The notes below the pieces were generated by a model. That model ran no database searches. It was not told where the DNA came from and saw nothing but the letters and a program-made list of their open reading frames with translations. The translations under genes were made by a program, and so were the position numbers. A stretch of 64,000 nt of DNA from Trichoplax adhaerens (taxonomy: Eukaryota; Animalia; Placozoa), in assembly GCF_000150275.1 (NCBI RefSeq), contig NW_002060944.1:5353096-5417095 (forward strand), in the 5' to 3' direction. Every line of letters starts with the position of its first letter. Within the stretch, counting starts at the first letter, position 1. This document shows positions 12,661-27,300 of the stretch, piece after piece.

Positions 12661-15211
12661 ATTTTGTCATTGAATTACATTAGAAACTAGTTACTATCTT
12701 CTAGCCTTGCTTACGTTAACTTAGTTCGGATTAGGTTTTCGATTTCCTGTTCCTGCCCAAAATTGTGCTTTTTAAGAAAGATGGTGTAGATGCAATCATG
12801 ATCGTTATATAATGGTACAGTACTTCCTATCGCTTTCAATGCACATTATTCCGTGTCTTTTAGAATAAGTCACTTAATTTGAATGTATTAGAGTTTGGCT
12901 TCCTATTTCAGTCGAATTAAATGTTAGAAATGAAGAATAATAACGTATTAAATCCAAAATTTATTGACTCAATTCAAACGCTGAAGTAGAATTAGACTGA
13001 TAAATCAGATCGGAATTACCTTATGTAGCTAACATTCTATCTATGGTAAATAATTATGTTACCATAATTTTCACAGTAATATTATAGGCAGCATGTGTAT
13101 ACTGATTATTTATAATTATAAGAACCATTACAATAAAATTCAAGTCATTCAGTCATCCTCTAAATCTAACTGGTACACCATCAATGTACTTTTTAATAAG
13201 CATTTACTGCTCATAGTCAGTAAGCTAACTTTTTGCATGGATTCAAAATGAAAAAGTAATATTGCTTCAATCTCAACTATATTTTAATAACTTACAATCA
13301 TTTTTTAATCCAGAAAGCTGCGCTATAATTAATGAATATGGTTTGCACTAACTGAGGCGATATTTTAGCTTGCGTACACTCCTTAGTTTGTGACTTGACA
13401 TTTAACAACGTTGACTAAATCTTTCTAATGACACCCTAACGATATATCCAGCAAATATTAGCCACATAAACTGCATATACCTGCTTGATCGGAATTTGCT
13501 ATTAAAATAATACAATATCTTCATACTTTGTGACTAGACATTAAGCCAGGCCTATTAAGTCCTCCTAGGATATTCTAATTGTGCATGAAAGATAGCAATG
13601 TACGTACAAAAACCAATTTTAACCTAACTTTTTAATATACTAATTTCAATTCCATCAGGCTGCTAGGTCTAGTGATATCGAATTGCTTAGGGAACGCTTT
13701 AATGCAGTGGTTAATCATGAAAAAGATTATTACAACTGGACTGATCATTAGGGATACGCTCCGTCACATTACGCAGCCCAGTATAATGAAATCGACATGG
13801 TTAACTTCATGATCAATGATACTGCAAGTAAATGAAATATTAAAAGCTAACGTAGCTATTTCTTTTCTGCTTTAATCTATAGGTGGTTTAGTTTATTAGA
13901 TGTGTAGAGAAAGAAACAAGCCAGAGAACTGATCTACTATACCTTTCAGAGTTAAATGATAGACATTTTTCTGATAAGTTATAATGTTGTCGTTTTACGA
14001 CAGTTAGATATCAATATTCAAAGCAGTAAAGGAAAGACGCCACTTCACATAGCTGCTAAATACAACAGCTTAGAAGTAGCACAGATCTTACTTGATCATG
14101 GAGCCATCATAGATGCCAAAGATACAGATAGTTTTACCCAACTACATGATGCCGTAAAAATTGGCAACGTAAGTCTTTGCTAGGTGACCTATAATCTTTC
14201 TTTATAAGTATTTTCCCAAATATTTGTGAAAGAACTGAAAGTATATCAACAAATGCGGCCTAGTTGCTTGCATCGATTGGTATCTAGACCTTAATAAAAT
14301 ATTTAATCCAATACCTAAATAGCTTTATAATAATTCCAACAGTTATATATATTTTATTGCTTTTGATAGGAATTATTAAATCGTATGTCATCCTTAACAA
14401 AAGCTCTAAATAAGGATTTAATATCACCTCTTCATCTTGCTTGTCTACGGGAGAAACTGAAAATTAGCCTGTTACAAATCTCTAAAACAGTAACTACAAG
14501 TATAAATGCATAGCTTGCAGTTTCTCATATTAAATTAGCTTTAATATATCTTGGGGAATGATATCGATCTTATGCTGTAGGTTAATTCTATTCAATTCAA
14601 TTTGCCAATTTGGTTATTGCTAATCATTTGTTTAGATACCTATTTCTAATATATTCTAATCATTCTAGATAATTTACTTACGTACATTGTGTTATAGTCA
14701 AAATATATCGAAAGAAATAATTTCCAAATGAGGGTTTGCATTTCAAAACAACCGATTGATTGATTCCAACAGGTCACAAGCTCGGAAGGTGTTGTAAGCA
14801 AAGCTATTGATGGTTTTCACTACTTCATTATACTGCTAAACAAGGGAATGTAGCTATATTACGAAGAGTAGCTCCGTAAATTATAAATTAGGCAATAATA
14901 ATTGATTAACCCGGTTGTTTACCATTTTGGTAGACAACCATGGGGCATTAGTGCTGGTTGTTTACAATTATTATAAATGGAGCAATCAACAAAAATTTAA
15001 TTATATTTAGCTAGATATAATATTGTTTAATATAGGATTAGCTTATGGGAGCGCACTGCTCCAACAATTAATTACTCATATTGGTGCTGAGCTCAGGCTC
15101 GTTGATTGGCACGATAATTGGTTGTTTTTCATTAGTGTTGTTTACTACCCAAGCTCATACTAAGTTATGTTAATTATCTGGGAGTAACTCCCTATAGTAA
15201 CATATGCAATT

Positions 15212-15452
15212 TGTAGAAGGAGCAACTTACTAGTATGCCCCACAAATGAGTGGGGATGGTATAAAAGACCGAGCGAATTACCATTCGCTAGTAGTAGTCC
15301 CTACGGGCTAGGACAAGCTAGTAGAGACTAGAAATCGGATGGCCGAATGAAAAGTACTAGTGGTTTGAAAGAAACCTGAGCAGTTGTGTGACTGTGAGGA
15401 AAGAGTTGGTTTTCCCTTAGTAGAAGACTCGCAAGTCAGTGGAAGCCTTACA
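15212..15452 (+). mobile_element. Putative solo LTR (241 bp)
   Basis: Starts TGTA and ends TACA, flanked by the direct repeat CAATT (15207-15211 and 15453-15457). Internal TATAAAAG at 15260; more GC-rich than its flanks. Confidence 0.7.
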
Positions 15453-15866
15453 CAATTACCTAACATTACCTGACATAACCAAATCACAAGCGGGATTTGT
15501 GACAAGCTATTATGCAAAGTTTACTGCATACAGGTAGTTCGCAGGAAGTGGCTTATGATGTCCATTTAGATTAAGAAGATAATGAAAATTTAACGGTTCT
15601 CCATCGAGCTGTGCAGGGCGGACATAAATTGATGTAATTTCAGTTTGCTCTGTCAAACTCTTCTCGATTAAATTTGAGATACAATTATTATACAGTATTG
15701 CCGGTATCACAGTTTTTTGAATCTAGCATCTATTTAATTAGTGTCGGTTTATATAAAAATATAAGCTGGCCGATATTTGCAATTTCTGTCCCATTAATTT
15801 ATACTCAGGCGGTTTGGCTTATCTTCATCATGGAGCCAATATTGCGGCTGAAAAGGTACACATTCC

Positions 15867-16200
15867 GTAGGTTATTAAGTTCTAATATGCAAGATTACTA
15901 GTTATAATTTAGCGGATATCAATAAAGTTTTCGCCCAAATACTATAGTAATTTATCTAATCATAACAATATTTCGTAGGATATTAATTTCGATTATGCAA
16001 AACTGCAAATTTTAATTTAGTGGATACCTATATATATAAGTTTCAAGTTTTAGTGCAAATGCTTTAGTAATTTTCTAATCATACCTATATTTGTAGGATA
16101 TTAATTTCTAATATGCAAGATTACTAGTTATAATTTAGCGAATATTTGTAAAGTTTAAGGTTTTAGTGCAGGTGCTATAGCATTTTATCTACTCATATCA
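15867..16200. repeat. Degenerate tandem repeat, ~110-120 bp x3
   Basis: Units begin GTAGG(A/T)TATTAA at ~15867, ~15975 and ~16093 and share the TATGCAA...TAATTTAG and AAGTTT...TAGTAATTT blocks. Confidence 0.75.
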
Positions 16201-19200
16201 CGATAAATTACTGTATATCATGTATGGTAGTTCATAATATTATTCTTATAAATTAATACGACGGATAGGCAGATGATAGGACTCCACTTCACCTTGCTGC
16301 AGCCATCAAGTAAATGGAAATTATCAGAATATTATTATCAAATTAGGCACCCATCAATTATCAAGATGCAAAAGGAAGGACAGCTCTACACATAGCTGCT
16401 TCTTTCGGACATGAAAACGTCATGGAAGTCCTGATCAAAGCTGTACTACAGTCTATAAATTTTGCAGTCACCAGTTAGCTGCTAAATGGTCTAAGCAGAT
16501 CTACTCAATCATTTGTATTGAAAATTTGCTCAATTTAGTAGCGTAATTTTCTGAAATATTACGAATATCTAGCTATTAACAACTTTGCAATACTCCGTTG
16601 TATCCTTAGCTACTCAAATGGACTATACTCACAGCAGTCGAGTTAGAAATATCATAGTTAATAGTTGAATCTGAGTTGGGAAATTAGACTTTGCCATTTC
16701 TGTTTACTTTTGTGATACTACAACAGTGTAATAAGCCACTTAGTAATCATGTGCAAATCTATCCAACAAGTGTTAGAATTAATCAGTGATAAATTGGCTA
16801 TGTTCTTGCCGGTCAAACGGATGAACCATTTTCAAATCAGTACTAATATTTGAGCTAAACGATTTTAGGGGGCAGACTAACAGGTTACTGATTATAGAAT
16901 GTAACCTACATTTTTGTATGCTGTGAGAAAAGGCCAGTTACAGGCAATTAAGTTCTTGCTTGATAAAGAAATTAACATCGAAATAGTTAATAATCAGCTC
17001 AAGACTTGCTTATACTTGGCAGCAATTCTTGATAATGAAGACATTTTAATTACTTTCGATAAATTTATGCCGAATGTCACCGATTTTAAAATTAAATGCA
17101 AAAAGGTCTATAAAATCAACTGTTGATATATTAATTATAGAATGGAGGTAAAATTTGTATTAATAGAAACGACATTTGGCCAACACCAAATCATTATGCA
17201 CCTAAAGATGGAAATGATAAAGTATTTCTTTAAAGATTTCGTACTGTTACAAATATAAAAAATATCGATTTTATTTACCATTTATGTAGCCATGAAATTA
17301 ATATCAATAAGAATCTGAAGTGCAGTACTACAGAGATTAGACTAATCAACTAGCAACATGTTATAACCGGTCAACCTTCCTTTCTTCACTGTAGTAAAAT
17401 TCTATTTACGGCACTTTACTACAAATTTAGCAGAGCAGAATTTTCTAGCAAATAAGTTTTAATCTTCTAAACCTCTATATGTATATTAGAAGCTTCTATT
17501 AGCATAGTCTAGTATTTATGATTGGAATCGTATTCATTTCTGACCAAGGTCGTAAAAATCTTAATCTCTAATGGAGCGAACGCTATTGATTTAGATGGCA
17601 ATGCAAATATACCATTTCATTTAGCATGCAGGTAAGTTATACTGTATATTTATAATTGCGCAAAACTACTAAAAATTATATTTAGTGCGCGTAGAAAATA
17701 GTTAATATAACACACGTATTTATCAATAAGATTTTAACTGCCAACGTACAGTTCATGTAAGTCGCCGGAAACTGCAGTGGATAATTTAATTACTGTGAAT
17801 CAATCTTACTGCCATAAGACCATGTCATAATTTCATAGTAATTAATGTAATCATAATCTAAGATGATTAAATAATCATATATGGGGACCGCTAGTATACC
17901 TGTAACTTGTAATCTTAGTAATGTAATAGCATTCTGGTTTAGAAGATAAATAACACTTAGAGGACGTATCAAGTCTTGTATACATACGCACATATCATTG
18001 CGAGTACTAATATTTAAATAGTCAGTATTCGAGTACTCGGGACTCGGTTATTTTTTCAGTACTTGGACCCGAGCGTTCACGATTGTTAAATTCGAGTTTC
18101 TCTCAGGAGATTACAAGTCCTAAATTACCAGCTAAAGAACTTTAGATCTACGCGTATTACGTTACTCCTAGCATTTAATTCCGTTCAGTGCTGTAAGTAG
18201 TGAAATAAAGTAGTAGTAAAACAGAGGTTGCTAAGTTTGTTTATGATTCAGTAGAGCGAGTACCTCGTGAGCTATCTCGGCTCCGTCTACTTAATATACA
18301 AGTATACGGAACATTAGCATCTGTGTCATAAATTATTCTTAATGTTGAAATGACTCCCGGCTAAGATAAACCAGACAATTATCCTGATACGTGGACTGTA
18401 GAATTATCGTGCAGATTACTAATATTTTCTATAGTACCAAGTACTTATGATTAGATAATCCCTTTTTTGGTTAATTCTGAAAGAATCTTAAAATTTACGC
18501 GACACTACAAGCATACATTTCATTACATAAATAGCCAACCTCAATAGTAAGTTCATACAAATGAATACTCATTATAATAACATGATATTTTATAATATTT
18601 ATCATGTGTCCTATTAAAGTCATCTTAAAGATCAGTAACGTCTACATCTATTTCTTTATTCAATCGTTCAACCAAATTTTTTGTGTACGATACTGTACTT
18701 TCGTAAATATAGTATGTCAATATTTTAATTAGCAACAACATTGATTGTTGTTCTTTCTAAGACTGTAGCTATTATCGTACAAAATCAATCCCCTAATGCC
18801 CATCCGTACATGGCACCTTGTGAATAGTAATTCTGGTCACGACATTGCATATTTTTCTACTCTAAAATTGCAGCTATTGCAGCGTTAGTTAATCTCTAAC
18901 GTTTATCTAAATATTATTTTGTTGCTTTAGTAAAGTATAATTATCTATCTATCATTATTCTATCAAGAGACTGTACTATAGTTTAATTGTGCTACCAATT
19001 TATAATAGGCCTTTACAAATTGACAGACTGCTCATCTTAAATGATAATTCGTACTGATCATAATTAAAGGCTCTTCACATACAGTATATTCCTTTTAATC
19101 TAGAATTAAAAACCATATCCAATTAATTAAATAAATCGATCAAGTTAACACTGCAGCAGCATGGTCGATCAAGACTAAATATTAAATAATTACTATCAAG

Positions 19201-21358
19201 AAAATTTAAATATTCCTTTCTTCGTAAATTATATAAACATCCTGTGCATTGAGTCTAATACGAGTACAGTCAAACTTCATCATAATTCATTGACATGTCG
19301 TTCAATAATTACTTTAATATTTCACTTCTTGATACAAATCAAACTTTGGGCCATCATTGAATCAATGACTTATAAGACAGATTAATTAACCTAATACTTC
19401 TATTTTGGGTAAATTTTATGTACTTAAAATGATTTTTCCTAGTCGATCCTTTGCAGAATAAAATTGATAAACTCATATAAACAATTTTTTTATAATAATG
19501 TTGGTTACAATCAACTTCATTATTCCATAAATAATTTTAAGATTCTTAACATTTTTTATTGACTCTCTTTCAATAAAACCAGCTCTATAAACTAGCAAGT
19601 TGGTCTTTAATTAATTTTATAGGATGGTAACTTTACAATACCTTGACCTAGTTATCAGAGTTTCTAATAATATGGAGAATGTTGTCTTAATATCGGATAA
19701 TATTAATCCATTTCACCACGTATACCAAGATCAAAATTCGGTTGTACATCGTAGTATTCAGCAAACTTAATTCTTCTCATGTATCGAAAGCTTTATATCA
19801 ATGGCGTTTAGCACACATTATGATACAACTTTAGTGTTATCAGATATTTACATTGTTGCAGCTTAATAATTGCTGCATCATAGTATAATGAGTAAATAAA
19901 AGTCATCGACTTATTAAGTCATCATTTTAGAGCAAAGCGTAATTAATCTCAAATAAATGTAATACAACCAGCTGTGACACAGTTCTAAAATGCATTCGAT
20001 GTAACAATTAGCAAGTTAAAGTATTAAAATAAATCCTTTCTTTTGATTCACGATCAATTCTATTGCTGCAAATCAATATTTTCTGATACTAGGCTTTGTT
20101 TTTTAAATACAAATTGATAACTAAACAATCAATGGCTGATTTTATTACTGACTCGTACAACCTTACGAATGTTAAAAATATCGCGGATTAATTTAATATA
20201 AAGCAATAGAAATTGTCTACTGATTTATCCTTTTCGTTGCATTGCATCAGTGCTAAATTTGTCCTAGTTGAAACTATCCATTAAGGGTGGAACAGATTTA
20301 AATCTGTATCTGTCTAACATGATTATTCCTTTATGCAGCAGATTAATTAAGATATCGATTTTAAATTTAGCAGACCAAGAGTTAGCAACAATCAGTTAGC
20401 CGTCCCGTTCTTTACCATTTACATCGATCATAAGGCACTGTTGTCTAAAATGAATACCGTCCTCGATATCCATTTCTTTTAACAGAATAGTCTTGTGAAT
20501 TAGCTGAACAATTTCTGATTGTATGTTGCTTTGGATTTTAGCTCAGTTAGATGGTTAATGATGGCCCAGAGGTACCATTACAATAAATCTATGTTACAAC
20601 TATAACATAAGACATGATCAGTCAAAAGTAGTTAACCGATAACACCGATTAATTCAAATCCATAACAAAGAATTCATTCTTTTTTATGAAATCACGTTCT
20701 GAGTTATTCATTAAATCAACGGTTGATTATAATTATCACTACCAATCTAAATTTACATAAGGTTATATGAATAAAGGCCTTAAATCATCAACAGAGAGCG
20801 CTTCCATAGCCCTGTGTGTTAGGATTGTTTTGATAGGCGATCAGAACACACCTCACGATTGGAGACAATCGAGTAAAAAAAGAAAATCAATAGCCATGAC
20901 GGCCATAGCGTGCATCCATATTGAAGACTTCATTATTTCTATTATGTCGGCAGCTTGATTAATTCAAGTTTGTTACGTAAGCTGTATTGTTTTTTTTAAA
21001 AGAAGGCTAGTATTTACTGGTCATGTTTTGGTTTACTTCGACATATTAGTTGAGTAGATGGCAGCAAGAGAGTGATATATTTAGGCTTGGTTCTAACATA
21101 GTGTCAAAAGCAAATGCCTGTTGATCCAGTAAATCCAGACTACCACAGCTTGAGATCTATTTTGCATTATCAGATGACGATTTAAGATAATTTTCTCTAA
21201 TATAGGTTACAAATAATCGAATGCTTGAATAAGTTTGCAATAAAGTGCATTTAGACTGATTCAATATATTCTGTAAAAGATCAAGATTGAAGATCTTCAA
21301 CTTATTTTCAATTGATCTTTATTCATGGATTAATCTGGCATTAACTTGATATATCAAG

Positions 21359-24300
21359 ATGATGAAGTATAGAAAGAAATTCAGCGTGGCTAGTAAATTA
21401 TCAAGTTCTCACAGTGTCTTTAATGTAAGAAAATGATTTATAGCATTTTATATTAAATCACTATTTTCAATTTAACCGGAAGAAATAGATACGAGTCGTA
21501 TTGAATTAGGATAAGAATTTCGTTCTGATCACAACGTTAAGACATATTGTTTATTTTTTATTTGCAATCAAAGTAATCTTGAAATCTTACTAGTACAGAC
21601 TAAGTTATAGTCGAACAAGATATTCATTGTTTTTAATAAATTTATCTATTTTACCGTTATCAAATTATGATTCGATGGCCATCGATGATTTAAAGTGGAA
21701 GGTTACGATTGAAATTGGTAGTTTATTAACTCAGTGTTATACTAGTTTAGCGTTATCGAAAATTTGAATTCTAATATAGTCACAAACTTACGTTGCGAAT
21801 TACTACACTAAACTAATAGATTACTTATGCCTTGCTCCACTACACCTGGAGATCTACTGTATGGTAGTTCTTAACTACTTACGGTCACACAGGGATAAGA
21901 CTGTTCTAAAAGATTAGTATAGTTTTTATTAGTACCAATATGATCCATTAGATAAATACTAACAAAATCTATTTAATTGGCAAGTACGGTGCTTTGCTCC
22001 GTAGCAATTATGTACTAGATTGAGAGAGTAACTGCTTGCTTACCTCTGCAACATGTTTTTATTGCGACTTAAGGTTATGATTGTAATCAGTAGCTTATTA
22101 ACTCAGTACTATAATGGCAAATACTAGTTCAGCGACACAGATTTAAATTTAAATGCAATGGATTAAGATGGTAACTGCTTGCTCGCTCCTGTAATATGTT
22201 ATTATGGGAACTAACCGTTACGATTAGAATCAGTAGTTTATTAACTGAGTGATACGGTGGTAAATAATAGTTTAATGATACAGATTCGAGCTCAAATATT
22301 ACGTATTGAGATAGCAGATCTTTTTTTTACCCTTTTAATAATAGTAACTAAAGGTTACGGTTTGAATTGATGGTTTATTAACTCAGCATAACGATGGAAA
22401 ATATTCGTTTAGCGATATAGGTTTAAATTAAAATATTATAGATTGAGATACTAGCCGCTTATTAACTCCTGTAACTACTATCCGCTGTTATACAGTCGCT
22501 CCTTTAACGCAATACAGTGCATTACTAGGTCAAGCGATAGTTTAGCGGTATAGACTAGGACAGCTATTGGTGGCTTTTAAACTTTATATGATAATATGGC
22601 TAGAATTAATTTAATGCTTCATGTATAATAGTAACTTATAATTAGACATTCTCGTTATGACAACAATCATCAGTTGAATCGTAATTGCAATAACAGTTTG
22701 AAATAGTTAAATGTTATCTGATGGTATTATCGTCAGTTTAACGCCGTGCGCGATGAAAGAAAGATATAGTTTAATCCTTTGTGTCGTATTCACAAGTAGT
22801 AGTATTTTGCAACTAAGCGCATATATGACGGCATTTAGTAGTTTAGCACCAGACGTGGTAAAAATAGTTTATTAATTAATAATGTTTTGGGTCTGGTAGC
22901 AATTGATAGCGTTTTTCTTGTAATGGTTATCGATAGTTTATGTCTTAATAGTTAGGCGAACGACTGTTGATAGCCATAGCAAATGTCATCGTGATAATTA
23001 TATATATATATAATCAATACGGTAATTAAAACTATCTGCAGCCAGTGCAAGTGGAAATTTGATTCCATATGCTTAGCAATAGTTGTATCTACTTGATTAA
23101 CCCTTTATAGGATAATTAGAAGGGGGTTTGGGAATACTATATATGCTATAATTGCAATCAGTAGTTTAACATTATTTATTTTGGTAGTACCGTATGGGAT
23201 AATTTTGATGCCATCGGCATAGATTATGATAGCAGCCGATAAGTCTGACTACTTGCTTTACCGCACAAAGATACCGTAAGTTAATTAAATGCATAATATA
23301 CAGTAAACAGTTATTGCTATTTCTAGATACGCAGTGATTACAATTCCTAGTTTATAGAAAACTATAATTGGCTATATATAAGAATAGCAATGGCTAGTTC
23401 AATGCTCTATGTAATGAATAAAATGCCTGAAGATCTCGTTAAAAAGTCCTGTATCTTTGCTTAACACAGTATGCACATAACGGTAACAATCGATACTTCA
23501 GCGCTATACCTATATTATGGTAATAGTTGGTGATTTGAAATCATTATTTTGGTCATAGACCATAAAATAATGCACTTTTCTCATTTAATAATAACTTACA
23601 TCTATGTCATCTTACATAATACTCGTATACATGCTGAAATATCGCGTCTACAAAGTTTGGTCTGATGTTAAATTGACTTACGAGCATATTTGCTGATACT
23701 CTTTTGTCATCCTATTTAGGCGGCTAAATCAGGCGATGTCAGTCTGATCCAGCTATGTAATATCCCTTCATCGGATTATTCAATCCTTAATTCTGAACAG
23801 GATGAATATGGATTAACGCCGTTGCATTATGCAGCCAAATTTAACAATATCAATGCAATAGAACACTTTCTAAACCGTGGAGCAGGTTAGTAAAAATAAG
23901 TAGTAAATATAAATCGAAACATTAACTATTTTTTATATACCATAACTTACTTCGTTGATACAATAAGATGGAGTATACAGTAGCAATAAACAATTTTAAG
24001 TATCGTATATAAAATAATATAGGTGAATTTAGATTTATTAGATAAACGTTGAGTAGCCAAACGGCATTTGTGGATGCATTCATAGCTCTATGCCTGGTAT
24101 CTTAATTTATGGACTAGTAGTTATAGAGCGAGCCATTAAATACTGATACGCTTAGCTTAGCTTTAGCGGATAGAACCCATTGATGATCTTAAAATAATAA
24201 TTAAGTGTCTGCACGCATAGATAAATTGAATTGGCTAGGATTGTAAACGTTTTGTAGATCAGTAACAGAGCAGGTCCACTTTAATATTGATGGATAGGAA

Positions 24301-27300
24301 GTGTATCTAGGAAAATAAACATAGCTTAAACTAAATTGATGCTAAGACTCTCTAGCTACTGTGAATTCTTCCCTTATTTACTGTAATACTTTAATTCTCT
24401 TCTTGGTCAATCTTTCCGTATGTCAATATTTTAGATGTCAATATTAGGGGACATTATGAAGTTACTCCACTTTATATGTCTGCTAGATATAATCATATCG
24501 AAGCTGTAGAAGTTCTTCTCAAACATGGTGCAAATCCAGAGATCAAAGATAGCGAAGGGGATACTGCACTTCATATTGCGGCCAAATTAGGATTCCCTGA
24601 CGTCTGCAAAGTGAGTACTTATTCGTAACTAGATGATCTTGATCTATCGTGATATCTCTATATTTTTAACTGATTTTGGCGCATAGGCTCATTTACTATT
24701 AATTCATGCAACGTTTAGATACTGATCAATAAGAAACCTTCCTTAGTTAATGAAGATAATAACGATATGTTATCGCCTTTACATCTTGCTTGTAAAAGAA
24801 ATCGGTTTCTAGTTTGCCAATTGTTGGTAAGTTCATTAGTTAATGAAAGAAAATTACGGTCTAGTATAGCCTTCGCATCTTACATGTAAAAGAAATCGAT
24901 ATTTAGTCTGTCAGTTGTTTTTAAGTACTACTAAAGCAGACAGAATTGAAAGTCAGCAGTGCTGATGCTATTTTAAGATCAAAAGAAAACTATTTCTTTC
25001 CATCTTTTTTACTCTATGACAATTTACTGGCTTAGATTGAAAATGCTGCTAATGTAACTCATCGATCCGTTGATGGTAGTCTACCCATTCATTTTGCAGC
25101 AGCCAAAGGTGGTAAAGATATCATCAACTTGCTATTAGATGTTGCAGCGTTAAGAAATATACGCGAAGAAGACCATTTAGGTCTGATGGACTATGATGGT
25201 AGAACAGTGCTACATAAAGTTGTCACTAGTGGTAACATATCCGTGAGTTTAGCTTCCAATTTATCTTTAAACATGTTTACTAATGCATGTTCAAGCCTTG
25301 CCAAGCATTAATTATAAGTTAAAATTTAGCTAGTTCGTTGTAAAATGTTATAACATCATCGTTCAAATCTTCACCTAAGCATTTCTCCGATATTTTGCAG
25401 TTAATTTAACCAATCGTAAGCAAATCGATATGACTGGTCATTAATATTGCAACTAAATTTATAGTTTGATACTTAGTTTATTATTAAATTGGCCGATTGC
25501 AAATTTAGACGAAGAATAGTACTTAGTAGAGAATCATATCAAAAGGATAGACGATAATATAAAATAATTAACTTCTATCTAATTGCGACACCGTGTAATG
25601 ATATTTCACACGTTCATGTCGAATTTCTACTGGTCAGAGTATTTTGATCATTTTTAAAATAGTACAATACTTATTTCTATTAATTTAGGCTATTCTAATA
25701 TGCATTAGGAGAGGTGCAAACATAATGGCATCACAGGTAAGGAAAATAACCTTGAAATGTCGCTTATTGAGCTTACCGCAGAGCAACAAATTACATGCTG
25801 GCCTATTCTTGGATTTATCATTTTGCCTTCTATTTTAAATATTCATTCTAATTTGAGCCTATTTCAAGATCGGCTAGTATTAACCATCCAACATTATTCA
25901 TTAATTGCAAAATTTTGAATAGGCTATATCAACTATACTGATACATATTAACTAAACTTATAATAATCAATTCTTACTTGTAGAACAACGGAAGTACGCC
26001 GTTACACCTTGCTGCCAGTGGCGGATGTCACGTAGTCTCTAAGGTCCTTATTCGTCATGGAGCTAAAGTCAATGCGAAATGCGAGTTAGGAATAACTCCA
26101 TTGCACTTAGCTTCTTCCTTTGGTCACATTGAAGTCATTAAGATACTGTTAGCGGAAGTAAGTACCGGTAGTTTATAATATTATGAAATAAGGGTATAGA
26201 GTAGGCGATGTGCAGGCCTCATTTCGCCTTCGTGAAGTTTGATCGACTGGGTATGATCTTTTGATAAAATTTTTCATTTACTGCAACATTTCTCTTGTAG
26301 GGAGCTGATATCAACGCGGTCGATAACAAATTTCAAACACCATTAATGTTTGCCACTGAAAACGGCAGTCTAGAAGCGATTAAACACCTTATTAGCCAAG
26401 GAGCTGATACTACCAAGGTCGATGATCAAAATAGAAACTGCTTACATTTAACCTGTCGCGGAGGACATGATATTATACTTCCATATATTCTTCAGGTACA
26501 GGCATTTAAAATCTGCAGTTTCTACTCTAACAGTTTAGAATTAGAAGTTTATGAGTAAATCGAAAGATAATCCTAAAAAATTACGTTAGTTAAATTATTA
26601 AGTCGTGGAGGACATGATATAAGATTTCCATATATTCTCCAAGTATTGGTATTTGAAAACCTGCAATTTTAATTCTTAGAGATTATAGTCAGAACTTGAT
26701 AAGTAAATCGAAAGGCAATCATAAGAAATTACGTTAATTAAATTATTGATCATCGAAAATGGATGTTACATAATAGTTTCTTTAATTCAATTTCGATGGA
26801 TATCGGTGCCGACAGGCTGAAGGAAAAGATCATATCAATGACACAGATTGCCTAGATAGGACTGCGCTCCATTATGCTGCAGAAGAAGGTTATCGCAAGG
26901 TAAACAAGGATACGAAATACCACTTGAAAAGTCTCAATAATATCGACAAGATTTGATATAAATGACCAAATCTTCCTTTACATTCCCTATCAAACTGCAA
27001 ATAGATAATAGCAACTTTGTTATCCAGTGGAGCTACATTTGAAATCTCTGATGCAGATGATAATCTACCAATTCATTTAGCGTGTCGGTACGTTAGAAAA
27101 CAATTAGATTGCTTATTCTATCAAATATTTTCCGGCATAGGTTACATTAGTGGCTAAATACTATAATAAACGTCTTGAAAGATGTCTATAACTATAATTG
27201 ATGGCACAATCTTAATGAATTGACGTTGGGAGTATTGTGTTATCCAATGCTGCTAGAATATCAGATCTCAGTCAGAACATCAACAGTACTGTTGTCGTCT

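Larger units (their letters stand above)
13659..17631 (+). pseudogene. Truncated TRPA1-like pseudogene, copy B (ankyrin exons 2-10 only)
   Basis: Exon remnants with paralog-typical sizes: 13659-13827 (TAG 13749), 14008-14183 (176 bp, ends TAG), 14370-~14477 (donor lost), 14773-~14862 (frameshift, truncated), 16269-16442 (TAA 16311, TAG 16344), 16869-~17060 (TAA 16878, TAA 16902), 17141-17221, 17549-17631. Exon 6 and everything after exon 10 were not found. Confidence 0.9.

Noticed and set aside
12930-13045. Possible degenerate exon 1 of pseudogene B
   Set aside because: It has an ATG and a downstream GT but contains stops and shows no clear similarity to the other first exons.
14863-15193. 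Possible MITE with GAGTAGCTCC / GGAGTAACTCC ends at the exon 5 breakpoint of the pseudogene
   Set aside because: The inverted similarity is short and gapped, and no TSD could be defined.
17990-18300. CGAGTACTCG/GGACTCGG-rich stretch reminiscent of hAT subterminal motifs
   Set aside because: No convincing TIR pair or TSD; needs a repeat-library search.
20767-20958. 63 aa ORF as the first coding exon of copy C
   Set aside because: It stops before the nearby donor; 21359-21424 fits the phase and the paralog first-exon pattern better.
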